Shown here piece after piece: positions 55,557 to 64,000 of a DNA stretch of 64,000 nucleotides. The translations under genes and the position numbers were made by a program. The notes under the pieces are model-generated. The model saw only the letters and a list, made by a program, of their open reading frames with translations, did no database searches and was not told the DNA's origin. Source of the DNA: Eubacteriales bacterium (GTDB lineage Bacteria > Bacillota > Clostridia > Oscillospirales > CAG-272); assembly GCA_045649925.1 (NCBI GenBank), contig JAZRQS010000021.1:13120-77119 (forward strand), given 5' to 3'. Each line of letters begins with the position of its first letter. Position 1 is the stretch's first letter.

Positions 55557-56843
55557 TTACTTTTTGGGAACTATCTTTTCAATGCCACCCATGTAAGGTC
55601 TGAGCGCAACGGGAATGTTTACAGATCCGTCTGCATTCAGGTTGTTTTCAAGGAATGCGATGAGCATTCTCGGAGGAGCGACAACCGTGTTGTTGAGTGT
55701 ATGAGCAAGATACTTGCCGTCCTTGCCGTTTACACGTATCTTAAGGCGGCGAGCCTGAGCTTCGCCGAGGTTAGAACAGCTTCCTACCTCGAAATACTTC
55801 TTCTGTCGGGGAGACCACGCCTCAACGTCTATTGACTTGACCTTGAGGTCTGCCAAATCGCCTGAGCAGCACTCAAGAGTTCTTACGGGAATGTCAAGGC
55901 TTCTGAAGAGGTCTACCGTGTTCTGCCAGAGCTTATCAAACCAAACGGGGCTTTCTTCAGGCTTACATACGACTATCATTTCTTGCTTTTCAAACTGGTG
56001 AATACGGTATACGGCTCTCTCCTCGAGTCCGTGAGCGCCCTTTTCTTTTCTGAAGCAGGGGGAATAGCTTGTGAGAGTGTAAGGAAGCTCTGCCTCGGGA
56101 ACGATCTGGTCTATAAACTTTCCTATCATGGAGTGCTCACTTGTACCGATAAGGTAAAGGTCCTCGCCCTCTATCTTATACATCATTGCTTCCATTTCAG
56201 CAAAGCTCATAACGCCTGTTACAACATCGCTTCTTATCATGAAAGGAGGAATACAGTAGGTAAATCCTCTGTCTATCATGAAATCACGAGCATAAGAAAT
56301 TACTGCAGAATGAATGCGAGCGATGTCGCCCATGAGATAGTAGAATCCGTTTCCTGCAACTCTGCGAGCACTATCAAGGTCGATGCCGCAGAATCTCTCC
56401 ATTATATCGGTGTGATAAGGAACGTCAAAGTCAGGAACTACAGGCTCGCCATATCTCTGTACCTCTACGTTTTCGCTATCGTCCTTTCCTATCGGAACGG
56501 AAGGATCAATGATGTTAGGGATAACCATCATTATCTTCTTTATCTTTTCATCAAGCTCAGCTTCCTTAGCTTCGGCCTCAGCGAGCTTCTGTGACTGCTC
56601 GGTGACATTTTTCTTTGTCTGCTCTGCTTCTTCCTTTTTGCCCTGAGCCATCAAAGCGCCGATCATCTTGGAATACTTGTTTCTGTTCGCTCTGAGGTCG
56701 TCCGCCTCTTTCTTTATACGTCTGTTTTCCTCATCGAGAGCTATTACTTCATCAACGAGAGCGAGCTTGTTGTCCTGAAACTTCTTTTTGATATTCTCCT
56801 TTACGAGTTCAGGATTTTCTCTTAAAAATTTCAAATCCAGCAT
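55557..56843 (-). CDS. serS: Seryl-tRNA synthetase
   Basis: MLDLKFLRENPELV, an N-terminal coiled coil, and class II motifs CFRKEKGAHG and GSCSNLGEAQARR. GGAGGA precedes ATG 56843. Confidence 0.95.
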   Translation of the reverse strand: MLDLKFLRENPELVKENIKKKFQDNKLALVDEVIALDEENRRIKKEADDLRANRNKYSKMIGALMAQGKKEEAEQTKKNVTEQSQKLAEAEAKEAELDEKIKKIMMVIPNIIDPSVPIGKDDSENVEVQRYGEPVVPDFDVPYHTDIMERFCGIDLDSARRVAGNGFYYLMGDIARIHSAVISYARDFMIDRGFTYCIPPFMIRSDVVTGVMSFAEMEAMMYKIEGEDLYLIGTSEHSMIGKFIDQIVPEAELPYTLTSYSPCFRKEKGAHGLEERAVYRIHQFEKQEMIVVCKPEESPVWFDKLWQNTVDLFRSLDIPVRTLECCSGDLADLKVKSIDVEAWSPRQKKYFEVGSCSNLGEAQARRLKIRVNGKDGKYLAHTLNNTVVAPPRMLIAFLENNLNADGSVNIPVALRPYMGGIEKIVPKK

Positions 56844-56859
56844 TTATTTATCCTCCAAA

Positions 56860-57104
56860 AATTATTTATAAAATAAAAAAAGAGTATCCGCCACCATTAT
56901 GGGACGAAAAACTCCGTGTTGCCACCCAAATTGCCGACCTATGTCAGCCACTCGAACGTTGCTATAAAGGGCAACTCCCTTTGACTTTCATCAAAAGCTC
57001 CGAAAGTGGATACACAAACACCCATACTGTCTTGCACCATACGACAGCTCTCTGCAAGGGGTAGAAAATGATAGCTTTCATCATCGCTTACCAAATATAA
57101 AACT
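56860..57104 (-). promoter_or_regulatory. T-box leader (tRNA-Ser sensing, specifier UCC) with intrinsic terminator
   Basis: All read on the minus strand. The Stem I base is AGC-GAUGAU-GAAAG...CUUUC-GGA-GCU. The AG bulge and distal loop are AGAGAG...UGGUGCAA. The specifier is UCC followed by A, the complement of 57010-57007. The T-box sequence is AAUUUGGGUGGCAACACGG (56932-56914). An imperfect terminator hairpin (56914-56882) is followed by U7 (56881-56875). Confidence 0.8.
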
Positions 57105-57110
57105 ACACAT

Positions 57111-57139
57111 AGTATAATACATTTAAATAAAAAAATCAA
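57111..57139 (-). promoter_or_regulatory. Sigma-A type promoter of the serS T-box leader
   Basis: On the minus strand: TTGATT (57139-57134), 17-nt spacer, TATACT (57116-57111). Confidence 0.6.
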
Positions 57140-57240
57140 GAGAAAATATGAATTTTGTTATATTTTTTTGCCAAAAATCCACTACTCGAATTCCCTATAT
57201 TATTTTACGAGAACAAAATAGCAAAAATTCATAATATCGT

Positions 57241-57269
57241 TTGACTAATTTCTGTTTCTGTGCTAAAAT
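57241..57269 (+). promoter_or_regulatory. Sigma-A type promoter of the AEC permease gene
   Basis: TTGACT 57241-57246, 17-nt spacer, TAAAAT 57264-57269. Confidence 0.55.
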
Positions 57270-57302
57270 AATAACGTAATATTTTTATAACAGGTGGAAA
57301 TA

Positions 57303-58235
57303 ATGATAGATATTTTTATCCTCTTTCAAAGCGTCGCCCTTTTGCTTCTGATGATAATTCCGGGTTTTCTTATGTCAAAGTTCAAGCTCGCACCCGAAAA
57401 GATAGGAAAAGGCATTTCAAACCTTATTTTGTATATAACACAGCCCGCTCTTATAATACACGCCTACGTAAGAGAGTATGACAAGGAAGTGATGCTACGC
57501 GCGTTGATAGTGCTTGCGTTAGCCATCGCAGCGCACCTTATATTCACCTTGTTTGCTTTCCTTCTCTACAAAAAGCACACACCTGACGTTGCGAAGGTGC
57601 TTCGCTTTGCTACTATATTTACCAATGCCGGATATATGGGAATTCCCTTGATTTGTAGCATTCTTGGCGATTCTGCCGCAATTTATGCCTCTATTTACGT
57701 TATTGTTTTCAATGTTTTTGTGTGGACAGTCGGCTGCTTTATATTCACTGAGAACAAAGAATACATCTCCTTGAAAAAAGCAATATTAAATCCTGCGACC
57801 ATCTCGACAATCATAGGAATTTTGATCTTCATATCACCCATAAACACACTTCCCTCGCTTGTAATGAAATTCCTCGTCAGCTTTAAGGATATGGTAGCTC
57901 CGCTTTCTATGATAATTATAGGTCTTCAGCTTGCAAATATGAAGCTGAAGGAAGCTTTCCGCGATATTGCTATGTATAAATTCCTTTTCCTGAGAATGCT
58001 TATCTTGCCTACTATAGTCTGGGTTATGCTGAAGGTAATATCCCTCTTTGGCTACACCGATGCGACAACAATGACGGTAATTTTGCTTTGTGCCGCTACC
58101 CCTACAGCGACTGCAACCTCGATGTTTGCTGAAATATTTGACGGCAACACCTCGTATGCAGGAAAGCTGGTGTCAATCACTACAATCTGCTCGCTTATCA
58201 CAATGCCGATAATTTCCCTGCTTTTAAATGTCTGA
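57303..58235 (+). CDS. AEC-family (auxin efflux carrier / malate permease-like) transporter
   Basis: About 10 TM segments with a typical AEC N-terminus and FTNAGYMGIPL. AGGTGG lies 5 nt before ATG 57303, and the GTG at 57294 lies inside that RBS. Confidence 0.75.
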   Translation: MIDIFILFQSVALLLLMIIPGFLMSKFKLAPEKIGKGISNLILYITQPALIIHAYVREYDKEVMLRALIVLALAIAAHLIFTLFAFLLYKKHTPDVAKVLRFATIFTNAGYMGIPLICSILGDSAAIYASIYVIVFNVFVWTVGCFIFTENKEYISLKKAILNPATISTIIGILIFISPINTLPSLVMKFLVSFKDMVAPLSMIIIGLQLANMKLKEAFRDIAMYKFLFLRMLILPTIVWVMLKVISLFGYTDATTMTVILLCAATPTATATSMFAEIFDGNTSYAGKLVSITTICSLITMPIISLLLNV

Positions 58236-58246
58236 AAGTTATAAAG

Positions 58247-58280
58247 TAAAAGTCCTGACCACTCGGTCAGGACTTTTTTA
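58247..58280. terminator. Bidirectional intrinsic terminator
   Basis: agtcctgacc (58251-58260) pairs with ggtcaggact (58265-58274), followed by a T-run. It abuts the stop of the convergent permease gene. Confidence 0.85.
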
Positions 58281-59111
58281 TCCCTTTACTGCGCCTGCTA
58301 CTACACCTTTTATGATGTATTTCTGTGAAACGGCGTAAAAAACAACTATCGGTATTATTGCGAGCACAAGCATCGCCATCAATGCCCCCATATCGCGCGA
58401 GCCGTATCCACCCTGCAAATACTGTACTGCTACAGGTATGGTCTTGTATCTTGAGCCTATAACCAGATAAGGAAGCAGATAGTCATTCCATATCCACATC
58501 ACATTCAAAACAGTGACTGTGACGGCTGTAGGTCGCAATATGGGAAATATTATCCTAAAGAACATATTCAAGGGTCCGCAGCCATCTATCTCTGCCGCCT
58601 CCTCGATGGCGACAGGCAGAGTTTTTATAAACCCAGAAAACAAGAACACGGATAGTCCCGCACCAAAGCCGAGATATATGAAAATTATACCTACGGGATT
58701 TTCAAGATTTAATACATTTGCCAGCCTTGACATAGTGAACATAACCATTTGAAAAGGCACCACCATACTAAAAACAAAGAGATAATATATGGCAGAAGTC
58801 ATTTTGCTATGCATTCGCACTATATACCACGCCGTCATTGAGGTGAATATAACTATAGCGACTGTAGAAAAAACTGTAATAAAAAGTGAGTATGCAAAAG
58901 CGCTGAAAAAGTCTGTTTTTTCTATACCACTCCTGTAATTTGAAAGTCCTGCAAAGGTCTCTCTTGTCGGCAAGGAGAAAGGCGAGTCGGAAATATAAAA
59001 CTGTCCTTTAAAGGAATTTATCGCGACTATAACTACGGGCAAAATGAAAAGTGCAGTTATAATAGCCATGACAATGCAAATTATTACGTTTGTAGACCTT
59101 TTCTCTCTCAT
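58278..59111 (-). CDS. Carbohydrate ABC transporter permease (MalG-like)
   Basis: EAA loop IEEAAEIDGCGPLNMFFRIIFPILRP, and 6 TM segments. Confidence 0.85.
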   Translation of the reverse strand: MREKRSTNVIICIVMAIITALFILPVVIVAINSFKGQFYISDSPFSLPTRETFAGLSNYRSGIEKTDFFSAFAYSLFITVFSTVAIVIFTSMTAWYIVRMHSKMTSAIYYLFVFSMVVPFQMVMFTMSRLANVLNLENPVGIIFIYLGFGAGLSVFLFSGFIKTLPVAIEEAAEIDGCGPLNMFFRIIFPILRPTAVTVTVLNVMWIWNDYLLPYLVIGSRYKTIPVAVQYLQGGYGSRDMGALMAMLVLAIIPIVVFYAVSQKYIIKGVVAGAVKG

Positions 59112-59112
59112 T

Positions 59113-59955
59113 TCACGACTTCTCCCCTTTTGATGTCAGCTTTAGCTGAATGAATGCTATAATTCCCACTATTATAAAGAAAATCACAGCCTTCGCCTGG
59201 CCTACACCCTCGCTTCCTACACTGCCGTAAAAGGTATTGTATATATCAAGAGCGAGCATGGAGGTGGACTTTCCGGGCGCTCCTGAGGTAAGCGCATAAT
59301 TCTGGTCGAACATTTTAAATGAGTTGGTGAGTGTCAAAAAAGTGCAAATTGTGACAGACGGCATTACAAGAGGAAGCGTAATGTGTCGCAGGGACTGAAA
59401 ATATCCTGCGCCATCTATTGACGCCACCTCGTGCATCTCTGCAGGAATACTTTGTATGCCTGCAATATATATTATCATCATATATCCGACGAGCTGCCAG
59501 TTTGTAAGCACTATCAAGCCCCAAAACCCGTAATTTGCCGAAAATGTTATATCCACGCCCATACCGGCAAGCACGCCGTTTATTATCAATTGCCATATAT
59601 AGCCGAGCACTATTCCGCCTATCAGGTTTGGCATAAACAATAGTGTGCGAAAAAGATTTCTCGCGCGTATAGAGCGTGTAAGCAAAAGCGCAAATATAAA
59701 CGCTATCAAATTTACACTCAAAACCGACACTACTGTAAATTTTACTGTAAAAAACAAGGCATTTACAAAATCATCATTCCCGTTAAATGCGGTAATATAG
59801 TTTTGTATTCCTACCCATTTTGCATTGCTTACTGTAGTAAACTCCGTAAACGAGAGATACACGCCCATCAAAAAAGGAACCAAAAACGACACTAAAAAAG
59901 CAATAAAGGTCGGCAGAATGAATATCGGGAAGTATTTTTTTAGTGTTGCGCGCAT
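59113..59955 (-). CDS. Carbohydrate ABC transporter permease (MalF-like)
   Basis: EAA loop HEVASIDGAGYFQSLRHITLPLVMP, and 6 TM segments. Confidence 0.85.
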   Translation of the reverse strand: MRATLKKYFPIFILPTFIAFLVSFLVPFLMGVYLSFTEFTTVSNAKWVGIQNYITAFNGNDDFVNALFFTVKFTVVSVLSVNLIAFIFALLLTRSIRARNLFRTLLFMPNLIGGIVLGYIWQLIINGVLAGMGVDITFSANYGFWGLIVLTNWQLVGYMMIIYIAGIQSIPAEMHEVASIDGAGYFQSLRHITLPLVMPSVTICTFLTLTNSFKMFDQNYALTSGAPGKSTSMLALDIYNTFYGSVGSEGVGQAKAVIFFIIVGIIAFIQLKLTSKGEKS

Positions 59956-59956
59956 T

Positions 59957-61285
59957 TTAAGAGTTTGCTTCCTCCGCCCAACGAGTGACGACGATGTTCT
60001 TCACTTCTTCCCACGAAAGTGTGCCTTGAGCGTATTGAAGCAGGGCTGCGCCAAAATCATTTTTAAAGCTCAGGCTTGGAAAAATCGTGAAATTCCAAGG
60101 TGTCGTCTTTATATTATCCTTGTTGAGCCATTCGACTACCTGCTTTGCAAGTGGATCGTTTGGTGCTTCGTTTTCCCCGAAGGTGTCGAAAGGAGAAATA
60201 AAGTTGAGCTTTTGGGTGACAAACTCCTTGCCTGTTTCGCTTGAATAGAGCCAATATAAAAAGTCCGCCGCTTGCTTTTGCTTTTCCTCGCTTGCCTGCG
60301 AGTTTATGCAAAGGAAGTTTTCTGTACCTATGCAGAGTCCCTGTGTCGCTTCACCGCTTATGCCTGTGTAAATAGGAAGGAACTTTATATTTTCTTCCTT
60401 TACCACATTACCCGACACATCGTTTATCTGATTCCACGCCCAGTTTCCGTTTTGCACCATTACACATTTTCCGAGCGCAAACTCTGCCATCGAGTCTGCC
60501 ACCTGCTTGCTACCGAGCAATTTAGGCTCTGTGGTGGAATTGTTTATATAGAGATCGAATATGCTTTTGAAATTATCGCTATATAGAAATTCTATCTCTT
60601 TTGTCTCGGCGGAATCGTTTAAATCTGCGTTTTTATTTAAAAGCTCGTAATATATAGGCAGGTTTGCAAGGTGGGTATGCCATCTCCAGTCCTCTCCCGA
60701 TTTGAGCGACGTGGAGGCAAATACACCGTCAATACTAAGCTCCGTCTTGTGAGCAGTCATATCCTCGACCAAAATTTTCAAGGAAGAAAAGCTATATATC
60801 TCCTCCATGGAGTTTACTATTTTCTGCCTGTTATCCAAAGCGAAGTATTTGTCGGTCAGCTCCTTGTTGTAGATTATTCCATACCCTTCGACAACGGCAG
60901 GTATGCCATATACAGAGTCCCCATCAGTTATGGCGAGGCTTTTGTCGCTCAAATGCTTGTAGAGCTCTGTGTCCTTGAGGTCGGCGCAGTATTCACGCCA
61001 GCTAGCATATCCTGTAGGACCATTTACAATAAAAATTGTAGGGGCATCCTTTTTTCCTATCTCCGACTTCAAGGTCTGCTCGTAAGTGCCGGATGCCGCA
61101 GTCACTACTCTCAGCTTTACGCCTGTTTCCTTTTCATAGGCTTTGGCTATGTCGTTATAGACACTCGCCACCTCGGGCTTGAAATTGAGGTAGTATATCT
61201 CGTCTTTTTTCTCTTTGCAGGACGTCAAAGCAAATGACAACGTCAATACACACATCAGCAAAGCCAAAAATCTATATTTTTTCAT
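59957..61285 (-). CDS. Extracellular solute-binding lipoprotein of the sugar ABC transporter
   Basis: Signal peptide plus lipobox MKKYRFLALLMCVLTLSFALTSC. Length is 442 aa, and it lies directly upstream of the two permease genes. Confidence 0.8.
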   Translation of the reverse strand: MKKYRFLALLMCVLTLSFALTSCKEKKDEIYYLNFKPEVASVYNDIAKAYEKETGVKLRVVTAASGTYEQTLKSEIGKKDAPTIFIVNGPTGYASWREYCADLKDTELYKHLSDKSLAITDGDSVYGIPAVVEGYGIIYNKELTDKYFALDNRQKIVNSMEEIYSFSSLKILVEDMTAHKTELSIDGVFASTSLKSGEDWRWHTHLANLPIYYELLNKNADLNDSAETKEIEFLYSDNFKSIFDLYINNSTTEPKLLGSKQVADSMAEFALGKCVMVQNGNWAWNQINDVSGNVVKEENIKFLPIYTGISGEATQGLCIGTENFLCINSQASEEKQKQAADFLYWLYSSETGKEFVTQKLNFISPFDTFGENEAPNDPLAKQVVEWLNKDNIKTTPWNFTIFPSLSFKNDFGAALLQYAQGTLSWEEVKNIVVTRWAEEANS

Positions 61286-61341
61286 TTTTGAATCCTTTCA
61301 AACAAAAAAATTGCTTGAAAATAGTTTTTTCTCTTTGCCTA

Positions 61342-61389
61342 TAAAAAATACATCGAGGCGCAACAAGGTAATTTTTGTTACGCCTCGAT
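61342..61389 (-). terminator. Intrinsic terminator of the parC-like gene
   Basis: atcgaggcg (61352-61360) pairs with cgcctcgat (61381-61389). A T-run follows on the minus strand (complement of 61342-61351). Confidence 0.75.
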
Positions 61390-61402
61390 TTGCTATATTT
61401 TT

Positions 61403-63595
61403 TTAAAATGAGCTTCCTGTCGTAGGAATTTTTCTCTTTCTGCAGGACCCGAGCTTTTTGATTTTCTCTGCATCTGTGATGACCTCGACTATCTTTTGTC
61501 CCTTTTTCAAGGTGAAGATGGAAGATCCGGGGGAGGTCTTTGATGCCTTCATGGGTATCAGGGACGATGAAATCAATATGCCTTTTTTTTGATCGTTTAC
61601 AATTCCTATATCCATGGTATCAGACTCGTAGATGGCAGAAACTATAGGCGAAGCCGACGAAAATGCGCCTGTAAGTTTTTTTCTGTTCGACTTTGTTTCG
61701 TATGTGGGCATTGATACGCGCAAGCCCTTGCCGTTTTCAAAAATGAAAATCACGTTGTGCTTGGGATTGTATTCGTATATCACCTTTGCCATTACAGGAT
61801 ACTCGCCGTCGTCCATCTTGAGCTTGGCGGGTATAAAGTCGCCGAGAGCAGACGCCTTTTGAGGCTCAAAATCCGCCACCTTTGCTTTATAAACCTGACA
61901 CTGATTTGTAAAGAAGACAAGCTCTCCTCTGTTGTCGGTGTCCTCGCTATAGATAATAATGTCACCTTCCTTGAGCTTTTGCTCGTCGTTTCCTCTCAAG
62001 GACTGCATTGTTATCTTTTTGAAGTAGCCGTCGCGAGTCATTACAATGCGAACGTTGTAATTCTCGACGAGCTCCTCTGTATCCATTTCTACTATATCGT
62101 CAGCACCTATGAGTTGTGTCTTTCTCGGCTGACCATATTTCTTTTTGATTTCCTGAAGCTGTTTTGCTATATACGCCTTTATCTTCAGCTCGTCACCGAG
62201 CAGGTCCTCAAGGTCGGCAATCTCCTTTTGGAGCTCCTCTATCTCGGATACACGCCTCATTATATACTCGCGATTCAAGTGACGAAGCTTGATTTCCGCA
62301 ATGTACTCTGCCTGTATCTGCGTGATAGAAAATCCAGCCATAAGGTTTGGAACAACGTCCTCTTCCTTCTCAGTGTTTCTGATTATGCTGATCGCCTTGT
62401 CGATATCGAGAAGTATCTGCGCAAGACCGAGAAGCAGGTGGAGCTTGTCCTTCTTTTTCTGCAGGTCGAAGGAAAGCTCGCGGTGCACACATCCTATTCG
62501 GAAGGTGATCCACTCACGAAGAATGTCTACAACACCAAGCTGCTTAGGTGCTCCGTTTACAAGTATATTGAAGTTGCAGTCAAAATTATCCTCGAGTGTA
62601 GTAAGCTTGTAAAGCTTTGCCATGAGCTTGTCGGGGTCTGTGCCACGACGAAGGTCAATGTTGATAAGTTTTCCACTATTCAAGCCCATAGCATCGCGTA
62701 TATCCGCTATTTCCTTGAGCTTGCCGGCGTTTATCAGGTCTGTAATCTTATCGATTATTGCCTCGATATTAGTGGAATAAGGTATCTGTATAATGTCAAG
62801 TGAATTGTTCGCCTTATCGTAGGCATATCTCGCTCTCATGCGTACGCTTCCGTAACCGGTTTCAAATACTTCCTTCATCTTGTCGCGCTCGTAAATTATC
62901 TGCGCGCCACCGGGGAAATCAGGAGCCTTTATAATCTCCATCATTTTGTCAGTAGTTATTCTCGGATTTTTCAGGAGCGCTATCGTTCCGTCACAAAGCT
63001 CCGAGAGATTAAACGAGCATATAGAGCACGCCATACCGACTGCAATGCCGAGGTTTGGAGAAAGCAAAATGTTCGGAAACGTGGTAGGCAAAAGAAGAGG
63101 CTCTTCCATTGTGTTGTCATAGTTTGGCACCATGTCAACCGCATTTTTATCTATGCCTCTGAAAAGCTCGTTACAAAACGGATCAAGCTTGACCTCCGTG
63201 TAACGTGAAGCCGCATACACAGTGTTCTTACTGTAATGCTTACCAAATGTACCCTTTGAATCAACGAATGGGTGCAAAAGTGCCTGATGTCCACGTGTAA
63301 GTCTGACAAGAGTTTCGTATATAGCCGCATCGCCATGAGGATGCAATTTCATTGTCTGGCCTACGACATTTGTACTTTTGGTCTTCTGTGCGGTGAGAAG
63401 TCCCATTTTATACATAGTGAACAAGAGCTTTCTGTGTGATGGCTTAAAGCCGTCAATTTCAGGGAGTGCTCTCGAAATAATTACACTCATTACGTAAGGC
63501 ATATAGTTTTTCTCTATAGTCTCCGTAATGGGTTGTATCGTTACCTCTGCCTGAGGCAAAATTTCTACTTCGGAAGTGGATTTCTTTCTTGCCAT
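61403..63595 (-). CDS. parC: Type IIA topoisomerase subunit A (ParC/GyrA paralogue, short C-terminal domain)
   Basis: YMPYVMSVIISRALPEIDGFKPSHRKLLF, HPHGDAAIYETLVRL, and the catalytic Tyr context AASRYTEVKL. AGGA lies 6 nt before ATG 63595. Confidence 0.8.
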   Translation of the reverse strand: MARKKSTSEVEILPQAEVTIQPITETIEKNYMPYVMSVIISRALPEIDGFKPSHRKLLFTMYKMGLLTAQKTKSTNVVGQTMKLHPHGDAAIYETLVRLTRGHQALLHPFVDSKGTFGKHYSKNTVYAASRYTEVKLDPFCNELFRGIDKNAVDMVPNYDNTMEEPLLLPTTFPNILLSPNLGIAVGMACSICSFNLSELCDGTIALLKNPRITTDKMMEIIKAPDFPGGAQIIYERDKMKEVFETGYGSVRMRARYAYDKANNSLDIIQIPYSTNIEAIIDKITDLINAGKLKEIADIRDAMGLNSGKLINIDLRRGTDPDKLMAKLYKLTTLEDNFDCNFNILVNGAPKQLGVVDILREWITFRIGCVHRELSFDLQKKKDKLHLLLGLAQILLDIDKAISIIRNTEKEEDVVPNLMAGFSITQIQAEYIAEIKLRHLNREYIMRRVSEIEELQKEIADLEDLLGDELKIKAYIAKQLQEIKKKYGQPRKTQLIGADDIVEMDTEELVENYNVRIVMTRDGYFKKITMQSLRGNDEQKLKEGDIIIYSEDTDNRGELVFFTNQCQVYKAKVADFEPQKASALGDFIPAKLKMDDGEYPVMAKVIYEYNPKHNVIFIFENGKGLRVSMPTYETKSNRKKLTGAFSSASPIVSAIYESDTMDIGIVNDQKKGILISSSLIPMKASKTSPGSSIFTLKKGQKIVEVITDAEKIKKLGSCRKRKIPTTGSSF

Positions 63596-63621
63596 TTTAA
63601 ATCCTTTCAAAGATGTTGAAA

Positions 63622-64000
63622 TTACAGTTTTATAATTTTGTGCGCTGCTGCTCTTATCATTCGGTTGTAAAGTGCCATTCCTATACCGTCGAGTGTCGGC
63701 AGAGGCGCATAGATTACCTCCGCATTTTCTGTGTCGGCGTCGCGAAGTAAGGTAAATAGCTTATGCGCGTGAGAAAGCTTGTCCTCTTTTTTACCCATAT
63801 TGAAAACCTTTTCCTTGGACAAAGCTTGAGAAAAGGCGTCAACTTCCTCCTCGTAGCAAAGCACAGCGGCGTTCTCTTTGTTTTTTAATACATAATCATA
63901 GCGCAAAGAAAAATCTCCGTCTAAAAGACAAAACTGAGATTTCGGCGCATAATGTCGATATTTCATTCCCGGAGAAAGCGCGACCTCGCCCTCTTTAAGA
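63622..64000 (-). CDS. L-threonylcarbamoyladenylate synthase (Sua5/YwlC type), C-terminal Sua5 domain only; 5' part outside the window
   Basis: The frame stays open to nt 64000 (...GEVALSPGMKYRHYAPKS...), so the Met at 63966 is internal. SPGMKYRHYAP is the Sua5-domain signature. Confidence 0.75.
   Translation of the reverse strand, partial: LKEGEVALSPGMKYRHYAPKSQFCLLDGDFSLRYDYVLKNKENAAVLCYEEEVDAFSQALSKEKVFNMGKKEDKLSHAHKLFTLLRDADTENAEVIYAPLPTLDGIGMALYNRMIRAAAHKIIKL

Noticed and set aside
56939-57139. A 66-aa ORF upstream of serS.
   Set aside because: It lies entirely within the T-box leader RNA, whose Stem I, specifier and T-box sequence can all be read. There is no SD.
61286-61341. The palindrome ttgaa-agga-ttcaa at the SBP ribosome-binding site, considered as a possible regulatory hairpin or cre.
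   Set aside because: The stem is only 5 bp and AT-rich, it is not cre-like in spacing, and it is likely fortuitous.
1-64000. A search for mobile elements, prophage remnants, defence islands, toxin-antitoxin pairs, CRISPR arrays, tRNA/rRNA genes, and long direct or terminal inverted repeats.
   Set aside because: No integrase, transposase, recombinase, restriction-modification, Cas, abortive-infection-type or phage structural motifs were recognised in any frame. The intergenic regions are short and are explained by promoters, terminators or leaders. By eye I cannot exclude dispersed repeats shorter than about 15 nt or compositional anomalies, which need computation (k-mer/GC skew, self-dot-plot).

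Overview
This is a chromosomal, housekeeping-dominated 64-kb segment from a low-GC Gram-positive, endospore-forming Clostridia-type genome. The markers for that are spoIIID, spoVG, RuvABC, NfnAB, an IPMS-family (Re-type) citrate synthase with aconitase and IDH, and an ECF module next to truA. I call 59 protein-coding genes, 2 of them cut by the window edges, and they are tightly packed. I see no rRNA or tRNA genes, no CRISPR array, no transposase, integrase or phage genes, and no recognisable defence or toxin-antitoxin module. Left to right the blocks are: purL 3' end; a consensus-promoter operon of two G3E/COG0523 GTPase paralogues plus nfnAB; a small unknown gene; spoIIID; a SpoU-type methyltransferase; uppP, U32 peptidase, FkbM methyltransferase and rplS (minus strand); apgM-lepB-rbgA-rnhB-yraN-thrC; a DUF1540 gene; a metallophosphoesterase; tig-clpP-clpX; an orphan E2-like acyltransferase; PBP1A, truA, ecfT, ecfA2, ecfA1, a SAM methyltransferase and ruvC (minus strand); yfhO-DUF951-yfhO-ruvA-ruvB; GNAT, rumA-like, ICMT-like, rumA-like and murC (minus strand); spoVG; a GT4::CsaB fusion, a LOG gene and a membrane protein; a Crh-like HPr; fba and a LUD-domain gene; citrate synthase-gntR-acn-icd; a T-box and serS; an AEC permease; sugar ABC uptake genes; a parC-like gene; and the sua5 3' part. 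Non-coding calls are one Ser (UCC) T-box leader, about 16 intrinsic terminators, about a dozen near-consensus sigma-A promoters and several operator-like palindromes. I do not see a clear-cut novel system. The best follow-up candidates are: (i) the degenerate G3E GTPase::DUF1980-like fusion, paired with a His-rich COG0523 protein and apparently co-transcribed with nfnAB; (ii) the translationally coupled yfhO-DUF951-yfhO unit grafted onto ruvAB; (iii) a lipoyl-less E2-type acyltransferase whose catalytic His is replaced (DERICDG); (iv) a perfect 14+14 bp palindrome over the -10 box of the citrate synthase-gntR-acn-icd operon. All motif coordinates were hand-counted. All family assignments rest on motif recognition from memory, not on database searches.
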